DNA of 64,000 nucleotides. Origin: the human T2T-CHM13v2.0 reference genome, Homo sapiens. The notes under the pieces are model-generated. The model was given only the letters and a program-made list of their open reading frames with translations. It did no database searches and was not told the origin of the DNA. A program made the translations under genes and the position numbers. This document shows positions 1 through 13,025 of this stretch, piece by piece. Location of the stretch: NCBI RefSeq assembly GCF_009914755.1, contig NC_060942.1; one strand, 5' to 3'. The stretch's first letter is position 1. Each line of letters starts with the position of its first letter.

Positions 1-351
1 TGAGTAAGTTATTAAAATGGATGATTTGTACATTCAGGCATAAAGTAAAGAATTAAAGAAACACAATGAATAAATTTGTCAGAATAGACTAAAGACATGA
101 ACAATATTATTTTTAGAGAGGCTAATCTGAAAAACTAAAATATCGGGAGATATCCAACATCTGGGGAGAGGACCAAATATTATTTTATCTATGAAAGTTT
201 TGTCATTCTGACTTTATTAAATTATATTCAATATATTTATTTACAAAATTGATAAGCGTTAGTTTTTTAATATTAATTTTATTAATTTTACCCTGAATTC
301 ACACATCAGGTTTTCTGGACCAGAGACAAATATTTATTAATAAATGCAAGT

Positions 352-632
352 CAGACATGCTGGCTCACACCTGTTATCCTAGAACTTTGGGAGGCCAACG
401 TAGACAGACCGCTTGAGCCCAGAGGTTCAAGTCCAACCTGGGCAACATGGCAAAACCATGTCTCTACATAAAATACAAAAATTATCCAGGTACACTGGCA
501 CATACCTGTAGTCCCAGCTACTCAGGAGGCTGAGGTGTGAGGATCACCAGACCCTGGGGAGGTGGAAGCTGCAGTGAGCCGCGATTGCCCCACTGCATTC
601 CAGCCTGGATGACAGAGTGTACACTCTCCCTC
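352..632 (+). mobile_element. Alu (old, AluJ-like), lacking a poly(A) tail
   Basis: Dimeric Alu consensus (tggctcacacctgttatcc...aaaatacaaaaattatcc...cagcctggatgacagag); many CpG-decay substitutions; no A-tail follows. Confidence 0.9.
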
Positions 633-2500
633 ACTTACCTGACAACCTTGGCCCTGAGGCTGTGCCATGAGAGCCAGGTCAACTATCTCGTGTGAATAGC
701 CAGGCACTCCACAGGTGAAAGACAAGGAAAAATGACTTTGCCTGCTTATAAAGGGGGTGAAAGCAGCAGTACCCCCTCTCTTCTGAAAGGATATCCTAGC
801 AGATGTAATAGGTGTTGAGTTCCAACTCCAGACCTTTGGTAAGTAAATAAAATCTCTCCAGGATCCAGATAGTGCCAAGTGTATCCAAATTCTAGGGTAT
901 CATCTCCTGAAACCTTTAAATGCCTGGGAAGGAAATGCTCTGGTCTCTGGCCTCCTGGTATCCAGTTCAGGCTATAAACATTCAGCCCTACCTCGAAAAA
1001 AATAGTTTTATTGTCTTTTCCTCTCAGGGTCAGAGATATTAACTACACAAATGGCCACCGATGTAGACCTTTTAGTATCTGAGGAGCCTCAGCAGGCTAA
1101 AGATTGTACAGGAACACTGGAAAACACAGGGAAGTGTTATTTCCCCATAGTATTTCTCAATATTAATTAATTCCACTTAATGGATCTAATTATATTATTA
1201 AAAATAAGAGTAATAACTCTTTATTTAAATATTTCATATATAAACAACAATGCAAATTGTTAAATATGAGAAGCATTCAATCTTTATGCAGAAAACTGTG
1301 ATCAGTTCACACATTTTTTAACACTTAGCAAACATATTTTTAAAATCATATTAATGTCAAATCAAGAGCTAGATTCTAAATCTTGCTCTAACTTTTCCCG
1401 AGTGAAATAACTGTTCCCTTTTTCCTCATTTGTTCATTCATTACAAGTCTGTAATTTTTAAAGAAAGAACAAAAACAATTATGTAGGCAGTACAAATTAA
1501 GTAGAGTGTGTTTGCTTGGCTTTCTATATTAATGAGAAAAAATAGGGGGTCATGCAATGATAATTTACTATTTTACTAATTTGCAGATACATTGAGGGTA
1601 TGTCTCTGTTCAGGGTTCCCATATTTTTAAACATTTACCCATAACTATGTAAGTTGCCAATGATACGTCACAGAGATCAATATTGGAACATTCATACTTA
1701 GATGTCATATGTTTCATCCAATATGTCTCTCATTATTTTCAAATCTTAATACCTAAAAGTATATATTAGTCCATTTCATGACGTCCTGTCATTAGAGATA
1801 ATATATGTGGAGCAACTGTACCATGTCTGGTATATCACTAACACATAATAAATTGCAGCATTTGTTGTTAGGGTATTGTTTGCTCATGACCTTTGCAAAT
1901 CAGGGGAAGAAAGTACAGCCATGTGCAGAAAAAGGAAGGATTATTTGTGAAAAACATAGCTCAAGACGCTAATGATGTATCATCTAATTAGGTGAGTCAT
2001 TAAACTCCATGACACTAAGGCTTACTTACCTAAGTGTCAAATGCATTTAAAAAATCAGGACAGTTTTCTTACACAGATAAGTAAGATAAGGGAAAAATAT
2101 TTTAGAATCCTCACATGCTAAAATTATTCTTAGTTGCTGAGTAGGATGTAGAAAATAACCCATGCATTCAAGTACTATATACCTAACAAGCTTAATGAAA
2201 AGTCATCTAGTAAATACAGATGCCATCAGTCTATTCTCTTAACCTCATAATTGCCTCCAAAACTGCACCTTTACCATTGAACATAGATCTTTGTCTTCAT
2301 TATGCTGTGGACTGTCCTCCTGACTCCTAATATCATTTAACTAACCTAGAAATTGATGTTTAAAGTAGAAGGCATATGAGGCTTTCCTATTAATTGACAT
2401 TATCAGCAGAGTAAATATTTGCAAGAAATGTTTTAAGTCTAACCATAAACTCCAAAACATAGATTACAACTCCCAAATATGGAATGGAATTAGATATGGA

Positions 2501-2575
2501 AAAAAAAAATATATATATATATATATTAGATAGATAGGCAGGAAGGCAGACAGACAGACAGACAGACAGATAGAT

Positions 2576-2610
<35 letters not shown>

Positions 2611-2682
2611 GATAGATAGATAGGCAGACAGACAGATAGATAGATAGATATGGAAGTACACACACACACATATATATATATA
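2501..2682. repeat. Compound microsatellite (A)n/(TA)n/(GACA)n/(GATA)n/(CA)n
   Basis: Directly visible tandem units abutting the Alu tail. Confidence 0.95.
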
Positions 2683-2958
<276 letters not shown>

Positions 2959-4444
2959 AGATATGGAAATATTTTGAATGTCTTTGGAGCTCATTGAAAT
3001 GCTTAGTACACTCTCTTTTTATCCATTAGACAATTGGCTTAAATGCTTCAGGAAGAGATTATGAATTGTGACAGAGGACAACATGATAAGACAAGATCCA
3101 TTGCAGACCCGGGCATGACACCAGTTTATCTGTCATTAGATTCTGAAGTTTTCTATACAATATCTCACATGTTAACCGTGATAGCTTTCATTTTATCCAC
3201 ATCAACTTTTTAAAGGTTAGCGGGGATTATTTTAACTAAATGTACTTGTAGAGGTCTGGAGATGAAACATTTGTTGTTTCTAGTTTACCAATTACTTCAT
3301 GAAAATTTTCTCATTAATTTTAAGAAAAGGAAAATCATGACCATTGGCTCTCACTGGGATCCTTTGTTAGCAGCTCAGCAAAACCCAAGAAGTAGGGAGA
3401 GCTATTCCTGCCCAAATTAATCCCTTCAGCTTGGCATTGATACCCTGTAGAAGGTTTGAGGGCTTTGGGGACTTGATCACGGAAAAAAAAATAAAAGGCA
3501 GTAACACACAAACTTTATCAGGTGGGGCTTGAACAGGGAGAGTTGCATGAAAGGGAAGCTCCCACAGCATGAGATCATGATGGGCCACACAACACGGGCG
3601 TCACCATCCTGAGGAGGAAGTGAAGGAACTTCTAAACACTGGACAGGCTTCTGCATCTAGGTGATGTTGCTCAGCAGCATAATGAGGAGTGTCTGGGTCA
3701 GGGAGCTCTGAAGGATAGAAGCCGCTTGGATCTTCTGACCACAACACCATCTTCCAGTGACCAGCAGATGTTGGGCACAGTTTCACAGCATGGGCAGAGC
3801 TGCAAGGCACCAACTAGCAAAAAATCATTTGTGCTAGTTTTAAAACAATTGGATATTTAAAAATTTGAGTTTGGTGCTGCAAGCTTTGGAGCTTTGGAGC
3901 ATGCTGTGAAGATAAAACAGTACCTAGGGGCCAATACTACGACCTCTTTGGCTCATTTGTATAACAACCCAATTTCTTAAAACCATCAGAAGGACAGTCC
4001 TCAGTATCACATCTTGAATTTGAGGACTTTTCCAGAAAGATAAAATACTGATAGAAATGAAGGTCCAGAAGTCATAATAATACAAGTACAGGCTAGACAA
4101 TAACCAATGTTTATTATTTCAGAAACTAATGACCTTTTCTTTGACTAAGCATGTAAAAGAGATGACTCCCACATATGGTTATTCTTATTTGGTTGCTGAT
4201 GCCCACCTGCTACCTCATCCTTACTAGTTTATTTGCTTTCCAATATATTTTACCTTTCTCCTTTCTGCTATTGTCTCTGCAGAACAATTTCACTCTTCTG
4301 TTCCTCTAAAACTGCTTTGTGTATCTTCTCTTATATTATCCTTTGTGTGGAATCTCCAGAACAGTCTTACTTTCTCTGCTCATAATCAGTCAAAAGATGC
4401 TCAGTGGAAGACATTAGGGTTTCCCTTCTGCTCCCAAAATGACA

Positions 4445-6184
4445 CAACGTATTTGTTCCTTGTCATGCTGCTATGAAGAAATAACTGAGACTGGGTCATT
4501 TATAAAAGAAGGAGGTTTAATTGATTTACAGTCCTGTAGGGCTGGGGAGGCCTCAGGAGACTTACAATTACGGCAGAAGGGAAAGCAAACACACGTCCTT
4601 CTTCACCTGGCAGCTGGAAGGAGAAGAATGAGAGACAAGAGCAGAGGGAAGCCCTCTAAACACAATCATGCCTTTCCAACAGTCCACCAAAATCTTTGCT
4701 CACTCCAGCATTAACCCAAATGTCCAATTCCAAAATCTCATCTGAGACAAGGCAAGTCCCTTCTGCCTATGAGTCTGTAAAATCAGAAGCAAGTTAGCTA
4801 CTTCCTAGATACAGTGGAGGTACAGGATTTGTACATCCATTCCAAATGGGAAAATTGGCCAAAACAAAGGGGCTACAGGCCCATGCAAGACCAAAATCCA
4901 GTAGGACAGTAATTAAATCTTAAAGTTTTGAAATAATCTCCTTTGACTCCCTGTCTGACATCCAGGTCATGCTGATGCAAGAGGTAGGCTTCCACTGTCT
5001 TGAGCAGCTCTGCCCCTGTGGCTTTGCTGGGTACAGACCCCATCCCAGCTGCTTTCACAGGCTGGTGTAGAGTGTCTGCAGCTTATCCAGGTGCATGAGG
5101 CAAGCTGTTGGTGGATCTATTATTCTGAGTTCTGGAGGACAGTGGTCCTCTTCTCACAGCTCCACTAGCCAGTGCCCCAGTAGGGACTCTGTGTGGGGGG
5201 TCTGACCCCACATTTCCCTGCTGCACTGCCCCAGCAGAGGTTCTCCTGTGGGCCCCACCCATGCAGCAAATTTCTCCCTGGATATCCAGGAGTTTTCATA
5301 CGTCCTCTGAAATCTAGGCAGAAGTTCCCAAACTTCAGTTCTTGAAGACTGTGCACCTGCAGGCCCAAAATCACGTGTAAGCCACCAAGGCTTGTGGCTT
5401 GCACACTCTGAAGCCACAGCCTGAGCTATATATTGGCCCCTTTTAGCCACAGCTGGAGCTGAGGCAGCGGGGATGCAGGTTACCATGTTCCAAGGCAGGG
5501 AGGCCGCAGCCTGGCCCAGGAAACAATTTTTCCCTCCTAGGTCTCCAGGCCTGTGATAAGAGGGGCTGCTGTGAAGGTCTCTGACATGCTCTGGAGATAT
5601 TTTCCCCATTGTCTTAGTGATTTGTTCCTCTTTACTTATGCAAATTTCTGCAGTGGGCTTGAGTTTCTCCCCAGAAAATGGGTTTCTTTTCTATCACATT
5701 TTCAGGCTGCAAATTTTCCAAACTTTTACACTATGCTTCCCTTATAAAGCTGAATACCTTTAACAGCACCCAAGTCACATCTTGAATGCTCTGCTGCTTA
5801 GAAATTTCTTCCACCAGATACCCTAAATCATCTCTCTCAGGTTCAAGATTCACAGATCTCTAGGGCAGGGGAAGAATGCCGCCAGTCTCTTTGCCAAAGC
5901 ATAGTAAGAATCACATTTTCTCCAGTTCCCAGCAAGTTCCTCATCTCCATCAGAGACCACTTCAGCCTGGATTTCATTGTCCATATCACCATCAACATTT
6001 TGGTCAGTCATTCAACGAGTCTCTAAGAAGTCCCAAACTTTCCCACATTTTCTTATCATTCTCTGAGCCCTCCAAACTGTTCCAACCTCTGACTGTTTCC
6101 TAGCTCCAAAATCATTTCCACATTTTCAGATATCTTTACAGCAGCACCCCACTCTCTGAGGTACCAATTTACTGTATTAGTCCA
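4445..6184 (-). mobile_element. THE1/MST MaLR element: partial LTR (4445-~4660), internal region (~4660-6172) and a ~12-nt stub of the other LTR
   Basis: LTR motifs gagactgggtcatttata...ggaggcctcagg; typical MaLR internal sequence; junction ggtaccaatttac|tgtattagtcc. Confidence 0.85.
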
Positions 6185-6640
6185 GGACCCAACTCACCAT
6201 CAACCCTAGTGACCCACTAGCAAATTTTTTTCTTTCTGTTCACATGATGTTATACTGGCCTAGACGTCTTAATTCCAGAGGGAAGAATGCTGCCACCAGG
6301 AGACACAATGGTGATTTCATTAAATTGGATGTTAATATTCCCACCTGGCACTTTGGGCTCCTCCTACCTCTAAGTCAACAGGCAAAGAAGGGAGTTACAA
6401 TGTTGGCTGGGGTAACTGACCCAGACTATCAAGATGAAATCAGTCTACTACTCCACAGTGGAAGTAAAGAAGTGTATGTATGGAATAAAGGAGATCCCTT
6501 AGGACATCTCCTAGTATTACCATGCCCTGTGATTAAGGTTAATGGGAAATTACAACAACCCAATCCAGGCAGGACTACAAATGGTCCAGACCCTTCAGGA
6601 ATGAAAGTTCGGGTTACTCCACCAGGTAAAACCCATGACC
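6185..6640 (+). pseudogene. HERV-L (ERVL) internal fragment encoding a decayed dUTPase
   Basis: ORF 6244-6648 contains HFGLLLPLSQQAKKGVTMLAGVTDPDYQDEISLLLH...LVLPCPVIKVNGKLQQPNPGRTTNGPDPSGMKV, recognisable as ERVL dUTPase (motif III-like DPDYQDEI); the upstream MLPPGDT segment is in another frame (frameshift). Confidence 0.85.
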
Positions 6641-7284
6641 TCATTTAGCTAGGAAAGTAGGTTTCTAGTAATATCTGTAGGAACCGTGCCCTAATGTCAA
6701 AAAAAATATTTATTCCCCCCCCATTAAACCCAGGCTGCCTTCACCAACTACTTGAAACAGAAACAGAAGCAAAGTAAATGTTTATCTCCTTTAGCAAGCA
6801 GAAATCTCCTGAGTAGAAATGGTCATTCGCCTCCCCTCTGCCAAACTCAGTTACTAATCCCAAAACTCCATCAGACCTAAAGGTGATGAATACATCATTA
6901 CACAGGGAGGCACAATAATGGCCAATAAAGTTTGCCTTTTCCCAGTCTAGTTCAGAGTAGACTATGCCTGTTTTAACAAGTTGAAGATGAAGGTTTTAGT
7001 GGGCTTTAATTTACTTTTTTTTTCACCTTGTATCAATTTCTTATTCAAATGAAGTTCCAGGAATGCAGTGTCTATGGACTTTACTAAGACCAGGAAAATA
7101 AATATAGAAGGGGGGAGAGTTTGTATTCATGTGTTATCAAAGGTTGTGGATTTTCACAATAATCTTGCTGAGAGATTAAGGGTAAAATAATGTCTTCTAA
7201 ATCTGAAAGATAAACTCCATTCAAACTGATCTCCTAATTTTTGTTACCTTGTTCTGGTACTTTATTTTGCAAGTCGCTATAATA

Positions 7285-7436
7285 ACGTTACAATAACATA
7301 TTTGTTTCAGCTACAATAACAAGAAAAATGCCTTAGACTGAATAATTTATAAGAAAACAGCAATTTATTGCTCAAAGTTATAGAGGTTAAAAAGTTCAAG
7401 ATCAAGGTGCCGGCAGATTCAGTGTCTGGTTGGAGT
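7285..7436 (-). mobile_element. MLT1 MaLR LTR fragment
   Basis: agactgaataatttataag...atttattgctcaaagtt...aagatcaaggtgccggcagattcagtgtctgg. Confidence 0.75.
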
Positions 7437-8500
7437 CTATGGATATATCTGTAATAGATCATAGGGGTAATTTCATCACAGAAAACTTATAATAAAGCCT
7501 CAAATAAAAATATTAAAATGAAAAATAGAAACAGATGAAAAATGCCTTTCATAGACTCATCAGTTAATTCAACATAGTCAAAATAAGAACCAGGGATTTA
7601 AAAATATTTTAATAAATATTGTCCAGAAGTAAAACACAAGGAGGGAAAAAAATAGTAGGAACAAACACACAAACTCATGCATGCAGACATGGGAAAACAC
7701 CAAATATGACTGATATACATGAAATAAGAATTTCAAAAGGTAAGAGAGAGAAAGAATGAGAATGAGGGGAAATATCTGAGGAAACAAGGGCTGAGAATTT
7801 TCCAAAATTAATGATAGATACAAAACCACAGATCCAAGTGTCTTAGAGAATACCAACAAGAAAAACAAAATGCACACCTAAGCATGTCAGATTCAAATTT
7901 CTGAAAAGCAAGGGCAAAAAGAAAATCTTGAAGTTAAATTTAAAAATAAGATTGTGAAAACAGGAACAAATATAAAAATTGTGGAACTCTTTTCATAATA
8001 AGTCATACAAGCCAGGAGATAAAAAAGTGATATCTGTAAAGTGCCAGAAAACCAAAAAAAGCTACCAACCTAAGTTCTATTCCCAGCGAAAGAATGTTTT
8101 ATAATAAAGAAGAAATAAGATCTCCATGACAAAGATATGTTTTGTCAGGAGACTTCATTGCCAGAGGCCCGCACTACAAAAAATGTTAAAAGAACCCTTC
8201 AGAAGGAATACAAAACCAGATGGAAATTTGGATTGACACAAACAAATGAAGTGTGCAGGAAATGGGATAAATGAAGGAAATTTTAACATTTTTATAGTAC
8301 TCTAGAAGATAATATCCAAAACAAATACAGTTGCAACATATTTTAAGTTTACATTATATGTAAAAGAAAAATATATGACAGGAGTGGCAAAAAAATGGCA
8401 GAGAGGAATTGAAAGTAACTGTTACAAGATTATTAAACTACATGCAAAATAGCACAAAAGTATCTGAAGGTAGTATTTGATTAATTAAAAGGCATATTTT

Positions 8501-8752
8501 GCTGAGGATAATGGTTTCCAGCTGCACAATGAGAACACATGGACACAGGGAGGGAAACAACACACACTGGGAGCTGTCAGGGGGTTGAGGGGAGGGAAAG
8601 TGAGCATCAGGACAAATAGCTAATGCATGTGGGACTTACTACCTAAGTGATGAGTTGATAGGTCCAGCAAACCACCATGACACATGTTTACCTATGTAAC
8701 AAACATGCATGATCTGCGCATGTATCCTGGAACTTAAAATAATTTCTTTTTT
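8501..8752 (+). mobile_element. L1PA 3' end fragment with a short 5' inversion
   Basis: atgagaacacatggacacagggaggg...aaccaccatgacacatgtttacctatgtaacaaac, preceded by inverted gctgaggataatggtttccagct. Confidence 0.85.
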
Positions 8753-8768
8753 AAAAAGTGCATATTTT

Positions 8769-8940
8769 ATTGCTAAGGAGTAGATTTTCAATATTCTCAC
8801 AACAAAAAAAAAAATATATGAAGTGATAGATAAGTTAATTAGCTTGATTTAATCAGTTTACTATGTATACATATATCAAAACATCACCTTGTACTTCATA
8901 CATAGATACAATTTTTATTTGTCAACTATACCTTAATAAA
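8769..8940 (+). mobile_element. L1MA-type 3' end fragment
   Basis: gtagattttcaatattctcacaac...gttaattagcttgatttaatc...gtcaactataccttaataaa. Confidence 0.75.
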
Positions 8941-10339
8941 AAGGCACATATTTTAAACCATAGAGAAATCACTAAGAAAATTTTTGTGATAGATAATAAC
9001 CCAAAAGTAGAAATAAGATTAAATCATAAAAGTTACTCAATCAAAAAAAGTAGAAACAAATGAGAAAAGGAGAGATAATAAATGTAAAACTCTTAGCAAG
9101 ATGGTATATTTTAATCCAATTAAATCAATTATACAATTAATATTATTGTTCTAGAACGACAGATTAAAAAACAAAGATTGTAAGGTTTATTTGTTTGTTT
9201 GTTTGTGAACACCCAAATCCCAACTATATACTCTCTACAAAAAAGTAAACTTTAAATATGAAAGTATAAATGGCTTAGAATAAAAAGATAGAAAAATATG
9301 TACTATTCTAACACAAATTAAAATAAGCTGAATTAGCTATATTAATATCAAAATAGTCTTTGGAGCAAACACCAATGGGATCAAGAGAGATATTATATTA
9401 TGATAAAAGAGCCAATTCTCTAAGGAGACATATCATTCTTGAGTATATATGCACAGAACTTCAAAATACATAAAAAATAGACCAAAAGAAAAAATAAGAA
9501 CTATAATAGCCAACAAATGTTGAAAAGGAAGAAAGAAAACACTATAATCATACATACTTCTTGGTCTTTACCTAATATAAAACCACGCACACTAGTCCAA
9601 ACAGTGAGGTATTAGATAAATTTTGATATATAAATTAATGAAATAGAATACAGAGTCCAGAAATTGATTCACAGATATATAGTGAGTTTATTTTCAATAA
9701 AGACATCAAAGGTAGTCACTGAAGAAAGCATACTCATTTGAAGAAATATTGCAGGAACTAATGGATATTCATATGCAACAAAATAAACATCTATCTATAT
9801 CCATACCCTGTACAAAAACTAACAATGTAGAACATAGAAAGTGCTATGTATGAAAATGCATATCAACCAGCTTTGTGGGGGAAAAAAGACTTGAATTTTT
9901 GCATTTGCTGATTTTTACTGTGTAAATAACATAGACACGACTGATCTTTACCTAATAATGTGACATCAGCAATTGCACAAAAATTTTAGGTTTTTACAAT
10001 TGACTCTTAAGAGCCAATAGCCAACTAGCTGGCTAGAGAACACAACTGATTTGAAATTGTAAAATCTATATTATAAGCAATCCAGATAATCTGAAGGAAA
10101 AATCTTTATGGCCTTACATAAATAAAAAAATTAAAATTTTACCACAAAATGTGATCCATATAAGAAATAATCTTACACTGGAATGCATCAAAATTTAAGA
10201 TGTCTGCTCCCCCCATAAAACAAGAAGACAATGTAAAAAGAAAATACTGACTGGAATAAAATTATTTCTAAGTCACGTATGTTATTAAAAATCTGTATCC
10301 AGCACCCATAAAAGACTTTCAGAATTCAACAATAATCAC

Positions 10340-10704
10340 TGCATTAGTCCATTTTCATGCTGCTAATAAAGACATACTTGAGACTGGGTAATTTATAAAG
10401 AAAAACAGGTTTAATGGACTCACAGTTCCACATGGCTGAGGAGGCCTCACAATCATGGCAGAAGGTGAAGGAGGAGCAAAGTCGTGTCTTACATGGCAAC
10501 AGGAAAGTGAGTGTGTGCAGGGGAACTGCCATTTATAAAGCCATCACATCTCTTGAGACTTACATGCTATCACAAGAACAGTAAGGGGAAGACACGCCCT
10601 CATGATTCAATTACCTCCCACCAGGTCCTTCCCACAACACATGGGAATTATGGGAGCTACAATTCAAGATAAGATTTGGGTGGGGACACAGCCAGGCCAT
10701 ATCA
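10340..10704 (-). mobile_element. THE1 solo LTR
   Basis: Full LTR tgcattagtcc...ggggacacagccaggccatatca; 5-bp TSD atcac/atcat. Confidence 0.92.
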
Positions 10705-10709
10705 ATCAT

Positions 10710-10920
10710 TTTGGTCAACATAGCAAGATACTGTCTCTATAAATTTTTTTTTTTTAATTAGCTGGTCATGGTTACTTGCACCTGTAGCCTTAACTAGTTG
10801 GGAGGCTGAGGTGAAAGGATTGCTTGAGCCCAGGAGTTGGAGGCTACAGTGAGCTAAGATGGCACCACTGCACTCCAGCCTGGGTGACAGAGAGAAACTC
10901 GGTCTCAAAAAAAAAAAAAA
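10710..10920 (+). mobile_element. 5'-truncated AluJ-like element
   Basis: Alu right arm with ggattgcttgagcccaggag and an A-tail; flanked by tcaacaataa/tcaataataa. Confidence 0.88.
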
Positions 10921-12189
10921 TCAATAATAAGCAAACACTTCCTCAAAATTCATTGGCTATTTACAGCTCTTTTTTTTTTTTTTGCCAATTTTAAGTGTGT
11001 TTTGAGTAGAATTTCCCTACAGAGTAGTATTTCCACTCTCACTTATAATGTCTTAAAAGCAATTGATATTAATTGCTTCACTCTATTAGAATGGGGGCAA
11101 AACAGTCACTGCGAAGTGCTGATGAAGATCTACACAACTGGAACTCTTAATCGTTACTGGTAAGAATGCAAAATTGTGCAGCTACTTCGGTGGCCAGTTT
11201 GACAATTTCTTATAAAGTTAACCAAACCCTGAAGAAGACAGTCAGCAATCTTACTCCTAGGTACTTACTCAAATGTAATGATGACCTGTGTTCAAACAAA
11301 ACCTGCATATAACATTTATAGTGGCTATATTTGTAACAGTCAAGAAATAGAACACAATAATATACTATTAATACTCAGCAATTAAAAGTAATGAACACTG
11401 ATACACACAATAAAACAGATAAATATTAAAATGCATTACGAAAAGTGAAAGAAGCCATACAAGACTGCCTGCTGTAGGATTATGATATTCTAGAAAAGGC
11501 AAAACTATGAGACTGTAAAGAAATTCATGGTTTCCAGAGGAAAAGTTTGGCTACACAGAGGAGGAATTTTGGGGGAAGGATGGACCTATTCTCTATCTTG
11601 ATTGTTGTTGCTTGACTCTATAACACTTTCAAAAGTTGTAGAATTGTACCCTAAAAGAGTGGGTTTTACTGTATATAAATTATTTCTGAAAAATTGGAAG
11701 ATATTTAAATGTTCTACGAACTTTATTAAAAGTCAATAAATCAACCATGTAAACTAAAATTAACCACTATAAATATAACAGACACATTTGTTCAGGAAAA
11801 TTATTATAGCATATATGTTGCCCTGCAAATTATTTCAGAAATCAGAATGAATTTATGTTTTTAATATAGCTATTCTTTCCTTAAAAATCTCTATATCGTG
11901 CAGGTGGGAAATAATGATAGGCTAGAAACAAATGAGTGATCCCTGGGCATTTCTTTTATGCCTCTGTAACAAACCAATGTTCAATTATATCACTAGTTAA
12001 TGAATTTTCATAAGGAACTATGGAAAGATGTGCAAAGGCAGAAAATGTTAAATATCAACATTACATAATACAGTTTCTCTATAGGTTTTTCTATTCATAT
12101 AATAAGAGCCTCATCAGAGTGATTTAAGTTGAGTCATAACACTTGTTAAAACTGTAAAGAATTTACCTTTGAGCTAAATTCCAAGTTCT

Positions 12190-12545
12190 TCTTTATGTCC
12201 TAAAAGCTTTTTCTATGACTTTCTACCTCTTTTCCAGCACCTTCACCTCTCCTTTTCCTCCTCCCCGCTCCTCTCCTCACTTAGACCCATCTCTCTGAAC
12301 CTTCAGAGGAGCTTGAACATCACCTCCCTATGACAGCTTCCTGAGAGATGGGATCAGATGCACCCCTTGTGTTTCCACTCTGGGAGTTCTAAGCTTGCCA
12401 AAGTCCTAACACTTCCTGTAAGGTGTGTTAGATTCACATATGCTTATCAAAATTCCCCCAAACCTCACGCTTCATGAACTGTGACTGTTCATGTCATCAT
12501 ATCTGCAGCACCTAACCCTAATAAATAAATGAATAAATTGAGTCT
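12190..12545 (+). mobile_element. L2 3' fragment
   Basis: Pyrimidine-rich body ending in a taataaataaatgaataaattgagt L2-like tail. Confidence 0.5.
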
Positions 12546-12829
12546 GGTTGCAGATATATTAAGCCATCAAGATAAGTACTCCAGGGTTTGGATTTAAATT
12601 GGCATTGTACACTTGGCCAAAAGATATTATTAAATATATAAATTAAATTAACTTCAGAGATACTTGAACTTACAAATGTGATGAACAACTGATGGAGTGA
12701 AAAGGAAAACTTTTGTAAGATAGGCATCTGACCACAATAATCAATTAAAGAAAGAAAGTTTCAGCCTTTATCGACATTTTCTGATGCTCCCAACAGTGCA
12801 TGATGCCATAATCCACAACTGTACAGATT

Positions 12830-13025
12830 TTGAGCCAGTTAGGCTGGGCCCAGACCTTGGCTAGGACAGCCCTCAGTGAGACCCTGAACAACTTCACTAA
12901 CTTCCGTTCTTCAGTTTCCTCAGCTGTAGACTAGAGAAAATGGCAGTATAAGGAGATGTAACAGGAGTCAAACACAGAGTGACACCTGGCAGCAGGTAGG
13001 CTTTCAGTAAATGTTAGTCATTTCC
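12830..13025 (+). mobile_element. MIR
   Basis: MIR core cttcagtttcctcagctgtag and tail cacctggcagcaggtaggctttcagtaaatgttag. Confidence 0.7.

Larger units (their letters stand above)
7460..11700 (+). mobile_element. Ancient fragmented L1 (L1M-type: ORF1/ORF2 remnants and 3' UTR) carrying younger insertions
   Basis: A-rich plus strand; ORF1-like (gaattttccaaaattaatg...), ORF2-like (gagtccagaaattgattcacag) and L1MC-like 3' end segments. Confidence 0.75.

Noticed and set aside
4873-6103. 60-150-aa ORFs in the MaLR internal region
   Set aside because: Decayed THE1/MST internal sequence with stops and frameshifts
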